Notes: a model not told the origin generated them from the sequence alone. 64,000 nucleotides of DNA from Cyclobacteriaceae bacterium (GCA_026989535.1 JALSJD010000102.1:2868-66867); one strand, 5' to 3'. Shown: positions 1-9,852, counted from the first letter of the stretch. A program made the numbers and translations.

Positions 1-3000
1 TAGCGGGTTCGTGCTTGTTCACAAGTTCTCTATCGGGCAATAGTTTAAGGGCATTATCATAAAAATGTTCGTTACTAAAAGCAATAAGTTCTGCTTTTTT
101 ACTCCGGTAGTGCCCTTTAAGCTGAATATTCATTAAATATTGCTCACTAAGTTCTAATAAAGAATCTACCTCTAAGGCAATCTCTTCCTCTTCAATATCA
201 TCCCACCGTGCTTTGTATAAATCATTGGGTCTAAGTTGTTGGTTATCGCCAGCCACCACTAATTGATTGCCCCTAAACATAGCAGGGATGCCCCGTTCGG
301 TAAAACACTGTGAGGCTTCATCAAAAATTACAATATCAAATAATTTTTCCATCGGGAAAATGGCCGATACTGCTTCTGGAGAAGCCATCCAACAAGGAAT
401 TAAATCGAAAAGTTGCTCGCTATGATTAGCAATTAACTTTCGTAACGGCCATATTCTACGTTGTTTGGTTACTTGGTGCTTTATTTCGCGGTAGGTAACC
501 ATATTATTTAGTCGGTTGTACTCTACGTGCTCGTAAATCCTTTCTCTTGCCCTAAGAAGCAATATTTCATTACTAATCCTCAACTTCTCTCTAATATTAT
601 TCTGCAAGTCTGCTTCCATTTGCTTAAACTTGCGAGAAGAAACCGAGCGCAAAACAGGGTATTTAGTTTCAATATGATTAATCCATTGCAGCTTTAAACT
701 ATTGATTAAGATCTCCTCAAAAGCTTGATCCTCAAAAGCACCCATTGCTGCAATTATTTCATTGGCCACTTTAATTTCATAATTTGGCAACTCTTCACAA
801 AGCTTATCAAAATCACAGAGGTCGTCAAAATCATTTTCAAGCACTTCTACAATTCGTGCAAGCCATTCTGCCTCTTTTGTAATTTTGCGTAACTGATTTT
901 CGGTGTAATAAATAGACCAACGGTTCCATGCTTCAGGTATATTATCAATTACTTGATATAGCGAATTAATCTTATCGCTAAGTTCTTCAAAAGATAAACG
1001 TTCTGTATTAAAATACTCTTTAAAATTGCGATACGAATAGAATATGAGCTTTGCTCTAAATGCTTCTTTTAACGAATGATACCAGTTTTGTAAAGCACCT
1101 TTGGTAATGGCTCCTTCCTGTTTTTTTACCCAACCTTTGTTAAATAATATAGATAGGTTGTGGTCTAAATTTAACCGGTTATCAACCATTTGAATTAAAG
1201 CTTTTAAGCCTATTCTGTTGGGTTTTAAGTTATTCTTAAGCAGTACTTCGTTTACCCTTTTTCTGTCTTTTGAAAAAACCCGCCATTTAAGGTACTTAAA
1301 AACATTTCTGCGCGCTTCAATGGCTACTTGCAACGATGCTTGAATAGGGCCAATTTCTTTTTTGCTAAGGCTTTGCTCAACACCTACTCCTTTAAAACAA
1401 TTCATTAGCATTCGCTCATGGTCGGCAAGCCAAGTGTAATCCGTATCTCTGGTGTGCACTTTCATTAGTTGCCTAAACAAATCGTACACCTCTGGGTTAT
1501 GCAATTTACCTAGTAGTTCTTTAGCTCTTTCTTTTTTTTCAAGTATGCTTAAACATTCCTCAATCTCAATAGGATGATTAACAATCTCATTTGTTTGTGC
1601 TGCAATGGCTTCTTTTACCCTTGGAATCTCCTCCAAAAACTCTTGCATTCGTTTTAGCACAGAAATATCGTAAGATGAGAACGATCTTCGGTCGAGTAAT
1701 GGGTAGTTCTCTGCTCTAAAAACAGAAGCATAGTTCGCATACCTTTTAGTTCTCGCGCTTTGCTCCTCTATTTCATTAAAATTAAAATATTGATATTCTT
1801 GTTTTACATTTACCGAGGGGGCATCCAGGTTTGAGGTTAAATAGAGTTCTTTTACTGAAATGCCGCATTCAGACTCATCAAATAAAGCAAACCTAAACTC
1901 TTCCATTTCTTCGGTAAGGGCATCAATTCGTCTCGAAAATTGCCCAAACTGCCGCTCTAGTTGAATAGAATCTAAACTATTATTTAGTTGCTTATACTCA
2001 TCAATTTTATCTATTTGCCTTGCAATTTGGGCATAAATACTTTTCCTATCATTTCTAAAGTCATGCACCAAGCCCATAAAAGGTTGCATATCGAGCCTAT
2101 CAAATCGATTATAGACCACATCGAGTGCAGCTCGTTTTTGGCTAACAAGCAATACACGTTTACCTCGTGCTATAAAATCGGAAATTAGGTTAGTGATAAG
2201 TTGCGATTTGCCTGTACCTGGAGGTCCTTGTACCACAAACGATTTACCAAGCTTTGCTGCTTTTAACGCATTTTCTTGGTAAGCATCCATTTTTAGAGGG
2301 GTGTAGGTAACATCCTCTTTTACTCTATTTAAAAAGGTGTATTTGGTGTCTTCCTCTGAGGTGCTGTGCTTAGAGGCAAAAAATTCTTCTAAATCCGAAA
2401 AGATAGATTCCTCCTGCATTTTTTCATAATCGGGCACTAAATACGACCCGCTCTGCGGAAAAATTCCTAATACAGCCTCAGGAAATAACTTTAACTCTCC
2501 GTTTTTATGTAAATCATCAAAATCCTGCTTAGTAAATTCCGAAAAGTATTGAAGTACATCGGCAAAATTATCGCTATTAAAATTAAGCTCAATTTGGCTA
2601 TCTTTAAAAAATTGGTACAGGCTTGTTCTAAACACCAAATGATCGGTATCGAAATCTTCCAAGTTTCTTTCCGTCATTTCCTCGTCAATGCTAATGCCAT
2701 TATAGTACCCATAGGCTAACAAAAACGATTTATTAAGTGCCACATTCACATCGCTCCTGTGTGTCAGGCTCCATTTATTATCAGATTTTAACAAATCTAC
2801 CGGAAAAAATAATAAAGGAGCATGCACATGAGTGCCATCTGAAAACTTGCCCCTCACAAAAGGCCACCCAATGTATAAATCTCTGGAGCCGTGCTCATCA
2901 AACAAAAATTTATTTAATCGTTCAAGTCTGATGAGGTCTCTGTTAACTAAATTAACTTGCTCATCTCTGCTGTCGGCAATGGGCGTTAATGGTATTTTTT

Positions 3001-3172
3001 GTTTTCCTCCAATAAGGTTTTTAATAATAGAAAAGGAAGATTCCTTTTGCAAAAAATCAAACCTGTGCACATCAATGTATTGTCCCTTAAATAATTTACG
3101 GAGCAATAACGACTTATTATTAGCCGTTAGGTTGACTAATCTTTTTTGATAAGATTTTAGCACATTGCGCAT
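1..3172 (-). CDS. Superfamily 1 helicase (Upf1/DNA2-like, AAA_11/AAA_12 type) with DUF4011-like N-terminal region; 3' end runs off the window
   Basis: Absent from the ORF track because no stop lies in the window. My translation of the minus strand from ATG at 3172 stays open to position 1 (over 1050 codons). Motifs seen: Walker A VVQGPPGTGKSQL (about 2180-2220), motif II IVIFDEASQ (about 309-335), VVAGDNQQLRP, LKGHYRSKKAELIAFSNEHFY (about 58-120), and N-terminal DLYIGWPFVRGKF...HAPLLFFPVDL. Confidence 0.8.
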   Translation of the reverse strand, partial: MRNVLKSYQKRLVNLTANNKSLLLRKLFKGQYIDVHRFDFLQKESSFSIIKNLIGGKQKIPLTPIADSRDEQVNLVNRDLIRLERLNKFLFDEHGSRDLYIGWPFVRGKFSDGTHVHAPLLFFPVDLLKSDNKWSLTHRSDVNVALNKSFLLAYGYYNGISIDEEMTERNLEDFDTDHLVFRTSLYQFFKDSQIELNFNSDNFADVLQYFSEFTKQDFDDLHKNGELKLFPEAVLGIFPQSGSYLVPDYEKMQEESIFSDLEEFFASKHSTSEEDTKYTFLNRVKEDVTYTPLKMDAYQENALKAAKLGKSFVVQGPPGTGKSQLITNLISDFIARGKRVLLVSQKRAALDVVYNRFDRLDMQPFMGLVHDFRNDRKSIYAQIARQIDKIDEYKQLNNSLDSIQLERQFGQFSRRIDALTEEMEEFRFALFDESECGISVKELYLTSNLDAPSVNVKQEYQYFNFNEIEEQSARTKRYANYASVFRAENYPLLDRRSFSSYDISVLKRMQEFLEEIPRVKEAIAAQTNEIVNHPIEIEECLSILEKKERAKELLGKLHNPEVYDLFRQLMKVHTRDTDYTWLADHERMLMNCFKGVGVEQSLSKKEIGPIQASLQVAIEARRNVFKYLKWRVFSKDRKRVNEVLLKNNLKPNRIGLKALIQMVDNRLNLDHNLSILFNKGWVKKQEGAITKGALQNWYHSLKEAFRAKLIFYSYRNFKEYFNTERLSFEELSDKINSLYQVIDNIPEAWNRWSIYYTENQLRKITKEAEWLARIVEVLENDFDDLCDFDKLCEELPNYEIKVANEIIAAMGAFEDQAFEEILINSLKLQWINHIETKYPVLRSVSSRKFKQMEADLQNNIREKLRISNEILLLRARERIYEHVEYNRLNNMVTYREIKHQVTKQRRIWPLRKLIANHSEQLFDLIPCWMASPEAVSAIFPMEKLFDIVIFDEASQCFTERGIPAMFRGNQLVVAGDNQQLRPNDLYKARWDDIEEEEIALEVDSLLELSEQYLMNIQLKGHYRSKKAELIAFSNEHFYDNALKLLPDRELVNKHEPA

Positions 3173-3196
3173 GCCATAAAACTAAGGATAACCTTT

Positions 3197-4144
3197 TCAA
3201 AAGGTGAGGTATGAGCCAATTTTTTTAGTCCAACCTTCATCAATGGAATAAACCTTGGTTAAATCTTGCAATGATTGATACTTTCCGTGCTGGTTTCGAT
3301 AGGCAATAAGTAATTTGGCTTGAGCCCAATTTATATATGGGTGGGCAGCAAGCTCTTCTTTAGAGGCCTCGTTTATATGTATTTTTTGGGGTTTAAAATT
3401 TATTTCTATCACACCTACTTTTAATAGGTTCTCTATTGCGGCAGAATCTAACTTGTAAATTTGGTATAATTGATTGGGGCTTATAAAACCACCCAATGAT
3501 GCTCGGTAATTAACAATTCGGTTTGAGAGTTTACTCCCAATGCCTTTAACCGTTTGCAGCACCGAAGTATCGGCCTTATTTAAATCGAATGATTGTAATA
3601 CTACTGAGTTATATTTTGGCGATGGCATTCGTTTTAATTTATCACCTGGTTTTGCCGATTGATTTGAATTTGGCTTGTTTGGCTTGTAGGGCTTGTAAGG
3701 AGATTTATAGGTTGCTTTAATCCTTATATAACTTTCTATTTGAAAGTATAGTGAATCTGGAAAGTCATAGATTTTAAGTAAATCTTTGGGTGCATAAAAT
3801 TTACCACCTGCTAACCTGTACTTAGTTACTCGTTTTGCCAGCCAATTAGGAAAACCCACGTTTTGCAAAGCCTCTTGGGTTGCAGTATTTGGATCAAAAT
3901 ATGATAAGGTAATAGGTCGTTTTATAGTGCGATGATTAGATTCCGACTTATCCATTAAAGCCAATAAGCTATCGAGCTTTGCCATATCTTGCTCGTAATT
4001 GGCATAAGGAGTATGTGTAAGGGTATCCACCAACCATAACCCTGATGCACATAATAATAGGGTAAGTACAAGCCATTTAAAACCAGTATATTCACTCGTG
4101 CTAATTCCAAATAGGTTTTTCCAAATAGTTACCCAATGCTTCAT
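3197..4144 (-). CDS. ComEA-like helix-hairpin-helix DNA-binding protein, membrane anchored
   Basis: 315-aa ORF with an N-terminal hydrophobic helix and two HhH-like modules (LNKADTSVLQTVKGIGSKLSNRIVNYR; INEASKEELAAHPYINWAQAKLLIAYRNQHG). Confidence 0.65.
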   Translation of the reverse strand: MKHWVTIWKNLFGISTSEYTGFKWLVLTLLLCASGLWLVDTLTHTPYANYEQDMAKLDSLLALMDKSESNHRTIKRPITLSYFDPNTATQEALQNVGFPNWLAKRVTKYRLAGGKFYAPKDLLKIYDFPDSLYFQIESYIRIKATYKSPYKPYKPNKPNSNQSAKPGDKLKRMPSPKYNSVVLQSFDLNKADTSVLQTVKGIGSKLSNRIVNYRASLGGFISPNQLYQIYKLDSAAIENLLKVGVIEINFKPQKIHINEASKEELAAHPYINWAQAKLLIAYRNQHGKYQSLQDLTKVYSIDEGWTKKIGSYLTF

Positions 4145-4187
4145 TGCTACAAGATTGCATAATCATTAATAAAATGCAACATTATTT

Positions 4188-4421
4188 TAACCTGAATAAT
4201 TCATGAATAATCTATTACACATTCCAATTACCTACCATTCAAGCATACCGACTAAAGTACGGTACAGGCTTTGCTCGAATTTTGGTACTCAACGTCCGCC
4301 AGATGGCGGACGCCTCTCCCGATGAGAAAATCGGGACAAGCTGTTCCAAAATACTGTGCGAGCACTTGACTGTCAGATACTTGAAATGCTCATAACAAAG
4401 ATTCATGAATTAATCAGGTTA
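4188..4421. mobile_element. MITE-like non-coding element with 21-nt terminal inverted repeats
   Basis: TAACCTGAATAATTCATGAAT at 4188-4208 matches the reverse complement of 4401-4421 at 20 of 21 positions. Internal perfect hairpins are CGTCCGCC-agat-GGCGGACG and TCCCGAT-gagaaa-ATCGGGA. No ORF. Confidence 0.5.
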
Positions 4422-4450
4422 GCAAGTATTGGTTGCTACAAGCAGAAAGT

Positions 4451-4458
4451 TACCTTTG
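4451..4458 (+). promoter_or_regulatory. Candidate Bacteroidota -7 box (TAnnTTTG)
   Basis: TACCTTTG ends 5 nt before ATG 4463. Confidence 0.4.
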
Positions 4459-4462
4459 TGCG

Positions 4463-6388
4463 ATGTTTTATAAATGGCTCCTTTTTGCATGCTTACTCCC
4501 CATTAGTTTATTAGGGCAAACCACTGAAGGCGTACAAATATACCTTGAAAATAAACTCTGGGGATTAGAGAACACCAAACCCATAACACCTGCTGTTTAT
4601 GATACATTAATTAGGGTTGATGGGTGCAATTTATTTATTGCAAAAAAGCACGGCAAGGGTTTTAATTCAACCGGGGTAATAACTAGCAAAGGAAAAATTA
4701 TTATTCCTTTTAATTATTGGCAAATTACACCTTCGGCTAATGTTTTTATCGTTTCTAAATGGGAGGATAACCTCGTAACTTATGGAGTTATCAACCAATC
4801 AAATAATACTATCTTACCTATTCGTTATGAACAAATAAGCAATTTTTCTAATTTTTGGGTAGGCAAATTGTTTTCAGGAGAATTGCAATTATTTAATTTT
4901 AAAGGAGCGTTTATTAAACAGGTAAATGCTGATAGCATTTCTGTTTCAAATAATACCCAATATTTACTTATTCATAAAAGAGGAAAGGTAGGCCTTATTG
5001 GCAGCAATGGCAACGAAATATTTGCGCCAAATTATAAAAAAATAGGTAAAAAGGAGAACCGTTGGGAGGTAGAAAAATTTGCAACATGGCAAATTGTTAA
5101 TAACAAAGATACCCTTGCTCTACAAGCAGACACCGTGAAATTATGGGGCAACAACCATTTAATAGTGGGCATAAATAACAACTCCTACTTAACCAATAAT
5201 ACTAAACTTTTAAGCAAAAGTTATAAATCCATCAATGCAGTTTCGCCAACGTTAGCCATTGTAAAAAGTGAATTATTAAGTGGCGCAATTAATATAGAAG
5301 GAGAGGAGCTAATGGCTCCAACTTTTGGGCAAATGTATTACGCCAAAGGCTATTTTTATACCCAAAAAAATAACAAATGGTCTGTATATGATTCACTAGG
5401 CAAAAAAAGATCCGTGTTTAATTACGATTCTATTGGCCTTATTGCCAACGGGTTGTTTCCTATTAAACGGAATGGGAAATGGGGTTTTATGAATAGAGAG
5501 GGTAAAGAAGTAATTCATTGCATTTATGATATTGAAGCAAATTTTAGTAAAGGAAAAGCAATTATCCAGTATTTTGGCTCCACTGGTATAATCGACTTAA
5601 GTGGGCGTTGGGTTGTTAAACCTAAGGCAGAAAAAATAACAGACTATAGCTCCAATTTTTACATTTTTAAAAAGGGCAACCTCTATTATTTAAAAAACTA
5701 TGATAATGAGCTTATTTATTTTACCTCTAATAAACTCGTTTTTAGAAACGAAACCATTTACCAAATTAAAGATGGCTATACCAATAGAGTAACTTCGCTA
5801 GGTACTTTAGTTGCTAACACTCGTACGGTAACTAAAGGCAGCCAATGGTGGCAAATTATTAAAATAGGAGCTAAATATGGGTTTGAAGATTTGCAAGGCG
5901 TGCTCAAAATAACCTATCGGTACGACAGCCTCCTTCCATTTTCAGAAGGGCTTGCAGGCTTTAAGTTAAGAGGGAAATGGGGCTATATTAATGAAGATGA
6001 AATTATCCAAATTCAACCATTATACGATGAAGTAAATAAATTTAAGAACGGTATTGCATTGGTTAGTCAAAATGGCAACAAGGGGCTCGTAAAACCCAAT
6101 GGCACGTTTATTCTAAAACCTAAATTCGACCAACTTTCATTCATTGGCAATAACCTTTGGTTAGTTAAAGAAAATGGGCTGGTTGGAATTTACGATGCCA
6201 GCGGAAAGGTTATTATTCAATCCAAATTTGATCGAATTAACTATGTTAATAGCGATTTAATAATTGTAATTCGAAACGGAAAATTTGGAGTAGTTGACTC
6301 AACTGGTAAAAGTGTAATTCCAAGAATTTATGATTACATAGGGTTTGACACCAAACTTAAATTACTGATTTTAAAACAAGCTATTTAG
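4463..6388 (+). CDS. Secreted WG-repeat (KWG-type) protein
   Basis: ORF track 4433..6388. I prefer ATG 4463 (MFYKWLLFACLLPISLLGQ, signal-like). The protein has many repeats of the G(K/E)WG(F/Y)(I/M)N..G..(I/V)(I/P) type. Confidence 0.75.
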   Translation: MFYKWLLFACLLPISLLGQTTEGVQIYLENKLWGLENTKPITPAVYDTLIRVDGCNLFIAKKHGKGFNSTGVITSKGKIIIPFNYWQITPSANVFIVSKWEDNLVTYGVINQSNNTILPIRYEQISNFSNFWVGKLFSGELQLFNFKGAFIKQVNADSISVSNNTQYLLIHKRGKVGLIGSNGNEIFAPNYKKIGKKENRWEVEKFATWQIVNNKDTLALQADTVKLWGNNHLIVGINNNSYLTNNTKLLSKSYKSINAVSPTLAIVKSELLSGAINIEGEELMAPTFGQMYYAKGYFYTQKNNKWSVYDSLGKKRSVFNYDSIGLIANGLFPIKRNGKWGFMNREGKEVIHCIYDIEANFSKGKAIIQYFGSTGIIDLSGRWVVKPKAEKITDYSSNFYIFKKGNLYYLKNYDNELIYFTSNKLVFRNETIYQIKDGYTNRVTSLGTLVANTRTVTKGSQWWQIIKIGAKYGFEDLQGVLKITYRYDSLLPFSEGLAGFKLRGKWGYINEDEIIQIQPLYDEVNKFKNGIALVSQNGNKGLVKPNGTFILKPKFDQLSFIGNNLWLVKENGLVGIYDASGKVIIQSKFDRINYVNSDLIIVIRNGKFGVVDSTGKSVIPRIYDYIGFDTKLKLLILKQAI

Positions 6389-6534
6389 TGTCTGTCCGTA
6401 AGGTAAATGTTTTTATAAATAACAAATGTCAATATTCAAATAATAAATCTCAAAATGCAATTACCTAAAGACCAAACACTTGCATGGGTTGAAATTTTTA
6501 TTATTTGATTTTTGTTTATTGAAGTTTATAGACA
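6389..6534. repeat. Family-B long imperfect hairpin repeat, copy B1
   Basis: The two arms are inverted around a loop near 6462-6469. The core ACCAAACACTTGCATGGGTTGAAATTTTTATTATT is shared with 43444-43478 and, inverted, with about 8527-8550. Confidence 0.6.
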
Positions 6535-6540
6535 TAGATC

Positions 6541-7524
6541 CTATTTAATTATAGCTTTATCCCAAACTTTACCCGTTTTTTCATCAATCATTTCTATTGA
6601 TACGCTATTGCCTTTAATTTTAACGGAAAGCACGTAGTACATAGCTTTGGGTAAATCAGTAACGCTGCCACCAGCCCCTATAAATTTATACGGAGCAACG
6701 CCTTCTTTAAGTTCTTTGTTTGTCCTTTTGCCATAATACACGTCTCCTTTAATCGCATCGGCCTCCCTTTTTAATGGGTAAATAGGAGCACCAGCTCCAG
6801 CAGAAATAATATAGGTGGTAGTATTTCGTTTAGTTCGGTAGTATAGGTGATCGTGCCCGCTAAACACTGCGGTTACTTTATACTTATCAAAAAGTTTGGT
6901 AGTTGGGGTTTCCTCTCCCTCCACGTCTTTATAAGATTTTGCCCCTACTGTGTAGTGTGGCCTGTGTTTATAAATAAAAATATGCTTACCATTGGCTGAT
7001 TTTAATTCTTGCTCGAGCCAGCCTAACTTTAATGAGTCGTTTTTTACTTTAGGCCAAGGAAGCGCAATAAATTTAGCATTGCCATATTCAAAACTATACA
7101 TGGTTTTTTCCATCCCAAAAAAATTAGTAAAATTTGCTATGCCATCGCCTCCACCTGCTTCTTCATGATTGCCAACGGTTGGCCACATAGGATATTTGCG
7201 CATAAACCATCCACCCATAGAATCTAACAGTTTGTAATCTACTTTGCCTCGTTCTCCGGCACCACGGTTTACAAGGTCGGCAGTGGTTATGCAAAATTCT
7301 GGTTGTAGAGCATCTGCTCTTTTTAATACATCCGGAAAGTGGATGGAGCCTTTGGAATCGCCAAATACTAAAAAATGCATTTCGGTAGGATTCTCTCCTT
7401 TCTCCTTTTTGAGTGCCTCCATTTTAGGAATGGGATTATAAGGATTAACCGCTTTCTGCCCCTTTGTATAAAAAGCTGCTAAAACTAGTAGGGGTAAAAT
7501 CAATATTTTTTTATTGCTGAACAT
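6541..7524 (-). CDS. Calcineurin-like metallophosphoesterase, secreted
   Basis: Signal peptide plus GDSKG, GNHE and GHDH motifs. Confidence 0.8.
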   Translation of the reverse strand: MFSNKKILILPLLVLAAFYTKGQKAVNPYNPIPKMEALKKEKGENPTEMHFLVFGDSKGSIHFPDVLKRADALQPEFCITTADLVNRGAGERGKVDYKLLDSMGGWFMRKYPMWPTVGNHEEAGGGDGIANFTNFFGMEKTMYSFEYGNAKFIALPWPKVKNDSLKLGWLEQELKSANGKHIFIYKHRPHYTVGAKSYKDVEGEETPTTKLFDKYKVTAVFSGHDHLYYRTKRNTTTYIISAGAGAPIYPLKREADAIKGDVYYGKRTNKELKEGVAPYKFIGAGGSVTDLPKAMYYVLSVKIKGNSVSIEMIDEKTGKVWDKAIIK

Positions 7525-7568
7525 AATGAATGTTTGGGGTGTTTTATATTTGTTTTTTTGTAACTATT

Positions 7569-8273
7569 TTAAACATTTACTCCAAATAAGGAGCCTACAA
7601 GTGCAGTCAATCCCATGGCTATTGTACCCCAAAAGGTAATTCTAATAACTGCTTTTATAACACTAGAACCACCTGCCTTGGCTGCAATAGAACCCAAGAT
7701 TGCAAGAAATATTGTGGAAAACCCGTATAATAAATACTCTAAATTGTTGATTGCCGAAAATAAAACGACCAATAATGGCAACACCCCTCCAATAATAAAG
7801 GCTGCTCCTGATGCAAAGGCTGCTTGCAATGGTTTTGCTTCGCTAATTTCATTAATTCCAAGTTCGTCTCTAACGTGAGCACCCAACGCATCATGCTCCG
7901 TTAGTTCCTTGGCAACTGTTAATGCCGTTTCTTTCTTTAAACCTCTTTTTTCATATATTTCGGCAAGTCGTTGAAGTTCGATTTCAGGCATATCCTCCAA
8001 CTCTTGTCTTTCTCTTTCAATGTCTGCATTTTCAATATCCGTTTGCGAACTTACCGAAACATACTCTCCTGCTGCCATAGATAAAGCACCTGCAACCAAT
8101 CCGGCAACTGTTGCTAAAACAATTGGCTCTCTAGTTGTACTTGCAGCAGTAATACCAATGGCAATACTTGCGGTAGATAAAATACCATCATTTGCACCCA
8201 AAACAGCCGCTCTTAACCAATTACTTTTGTGTATGTAATGATTTGCTAAATAGTTGTCTTCTTCTTTTTCCAT
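7569..8273 (-). CDS. VIT1/CCC1-family iron/manganese transporter
   Basis: WLRAAVLGANDGILSTASIAIG, a central acidic helix region, and C-terminal TM helices. Confidence 0.8.
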   Translation of the reverse strand: MEKEEDNYLANHYIHKSNWLRAAVLGANDGILSTASIAIGITAASTTREPIVLATVAGLVAGALSMAAGEYVSVSSQTDIENADIERERQELEDMPEIELQRLAEIYEKRGLKKETALTVAKELTEHDALGAHVRDELGINEISEAKPLQAAFASGAAFIIGGVLPLLVVLFSAINNLEYLLYGFSTIFLAILGSIAAKAGGSSVIKAVIRITFWGTIAMGLTALVGSLFGVNV

Positions 8274-8411
8274 TTAAACTATATTTTTACTTTTCGTCCT
8301 GTACCCATTGCTACCAGCTGTCCTGCAAACGTAATGCTGCCATTAATAACTATCAAACCCTCAGTTTCTTAATAGGGCAAGTATTTACAGCAACCCTACT
8401 TAAACAACATT

Positions 8412-8650
8412 GAGTCCACTCCGAAAACACCTAAAACCAAAAAAGTTTCTTTTGGGCATCTTTTCACCTTTTTCAATCCGTTGATACCCAGGCATCAACG
8501 AATCTCAAAAATGAAAATCTCAAAACATGTAAGTGTTTGGTGTTTAGGTGATTGAAATTTGAGGTTTCAGCCAGTTGGCCAGACAGGTATTTGTTATTTG
8601 AATATTGTTTATTGTTATTTCTGAAAATATTGACTCTTTATAGACGGACT
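8412..8650. repeat. Hybrid repeat: left half of MITE family A fused to an inverted family-B hairpin
   Basis: GAGTCCACTCCGAAAAC at 8412-8428 and about 115 nt collinear with 56213-56330. From about 8527 onward, CATGTAAGTGTTTGGTGTTTAG...TTTGTTATTTCTGAAAATATTGAC matches the reverse complement of 43381-43497. No right TIR. Confidence 0.6.
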
Positions 8651-9718
8651 CTACTTAATATACCTAAAATCGTGCCCAGATTTTAACTGAATTAGCACTT
8701 CGTAAATAAGTTTAATGGTTCTTTCCACGTCTTCCTTATCAACTGTTTCTACCGTAGTGTGCATATATTTTAACGGAAACGAAATGAGGGCAGAAGCCAC
8801 ACCGGCATTAGAATACGCAAAAGCATCGGTATCGGTGCCTGTTGAGCGAGAGGCAGATAACCGCTGAAAATCTATCTTTTTCTTTTGGGCTACTTTAATA
8901 ATCATATCGCGCACATTATTTTGCACCGCAGGGCCGTAAGTTATAACCGGGCCTTTACCACATTGAATATCGCCACTTTTAATTTTGCTATACATGGGCG
9001 AAGCCGTATCGTGGGTAACATCTGTAATAATGGCTACGTCTGGTTGAATGCGCTCCGCAATCATTTGAGCACCACGCAACCCAATTTCTTCTTGTACTGC
9101 ATTTACAACGTACAGCCCAAAGGGGAGTTTTTTCTTTTTTTCGTGCAGCATTCTTGCTACTTCGGCTATTACATAGCCGCCCATCCGATTATCTAAGGCA
9201 CGCCCCGTGTAAAATTTATTATTGAGCTCCATAAGCTCATCTTCAAACGTAATGACAGAGCCTACATGAATGCCCAATTTTTCTACTTCTTCTTTTGAAG
9301 AACAGCCAACATCTACAAAAATATTTTTAAGGGTAGGGTTTGCTTCTTTTTCACCATGCCTTACGTGTATGGCTGGCCAGCCAAAAACTCCTCTTACAGG
9401 CCCTTTATCGGTATGCACATTTACGCGCATCGAAGGGGCAATTTGATGATCAGATCCTCCATTACGAACCACATAGATGTAACCATTTTCATTAATGTAA
9501 TTAACAAACCACGAAATCTCATCGGCATGTGCCTCAATTACTACTTTATACTTGGCCTTAGGGTTAATAACCCCCACTATCGAACCGTAGGTATCTGAAA
9601 TATATTCATCAATGTAGGGTGTAATATAATCCAGCCAAATTTTTTGCCCCGATGACTCGAACCCTGTAGGGGAGGCATTATTTAAATATTCGTATAAAAA
9701 TTTTTCGTTCTTTTTCAT
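8651..9718 (-). CDS. M42-family metallo-aminopeptidase (FrvX/YsdC-like)
   Basis: 355 aa with EAHADEI, ALDNRMGG, VQEEIGLRGA and PLKYMHT motifs. Confidence 0.85.
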   Translation of the reverse strand: MKKNEKFLYEYLNNASPTGFESSGQKIWLDYITPYIDEYISDTYGSIVGVINPKAKYKVVIEAHADEISWFVNYINENGYIYVVRNGGSDHQIAPSMRVNVHTDKGPVRGVFGWPAIHVRHGEKEANPTLKNIFVDVGCSSKEEVEKLGIHVGSVITFEDELMELNNKFYTGRALDNRMGGYVIAEVARMLHEKKKKLPFGLYVVNAVQEEIGLRGAQMIAERIQPDVAIITDVTHDTASPMYSKIKSGDIQCGKGPVITYGPAVQNNVRDMIIKVAQKKKIDFQRLSASRSTGTDTDAFAYSNAGVASALISFPLKYMHTTVETVDKEDVERTIKLIYEVLIQLKSGHDFRYIK

Positions 9719-9852
9719 GAAGATATGTTATTGGTTATACACCTACGTTAAAACTTCGGTGCATGTTATTCGTAAAAATTGGTTAATAGGTTAAATAGTT
9801 ATTGAGATTTAGCAACGTAATTCGTAATACTTAATTCAAAATATTTTTGGAA

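Noticed and set aside
8274-8411. Possible manganese (yybP-ykoY) riboswitch upstream of the VIT1/CCC1 transporter
   Set aside because: I could not find the conserved GGGGAGUAG-type core or the paired four-way architecture in the 5' region. The region is instead dominated by the repeat chimera. An Infernal scan would settle it.
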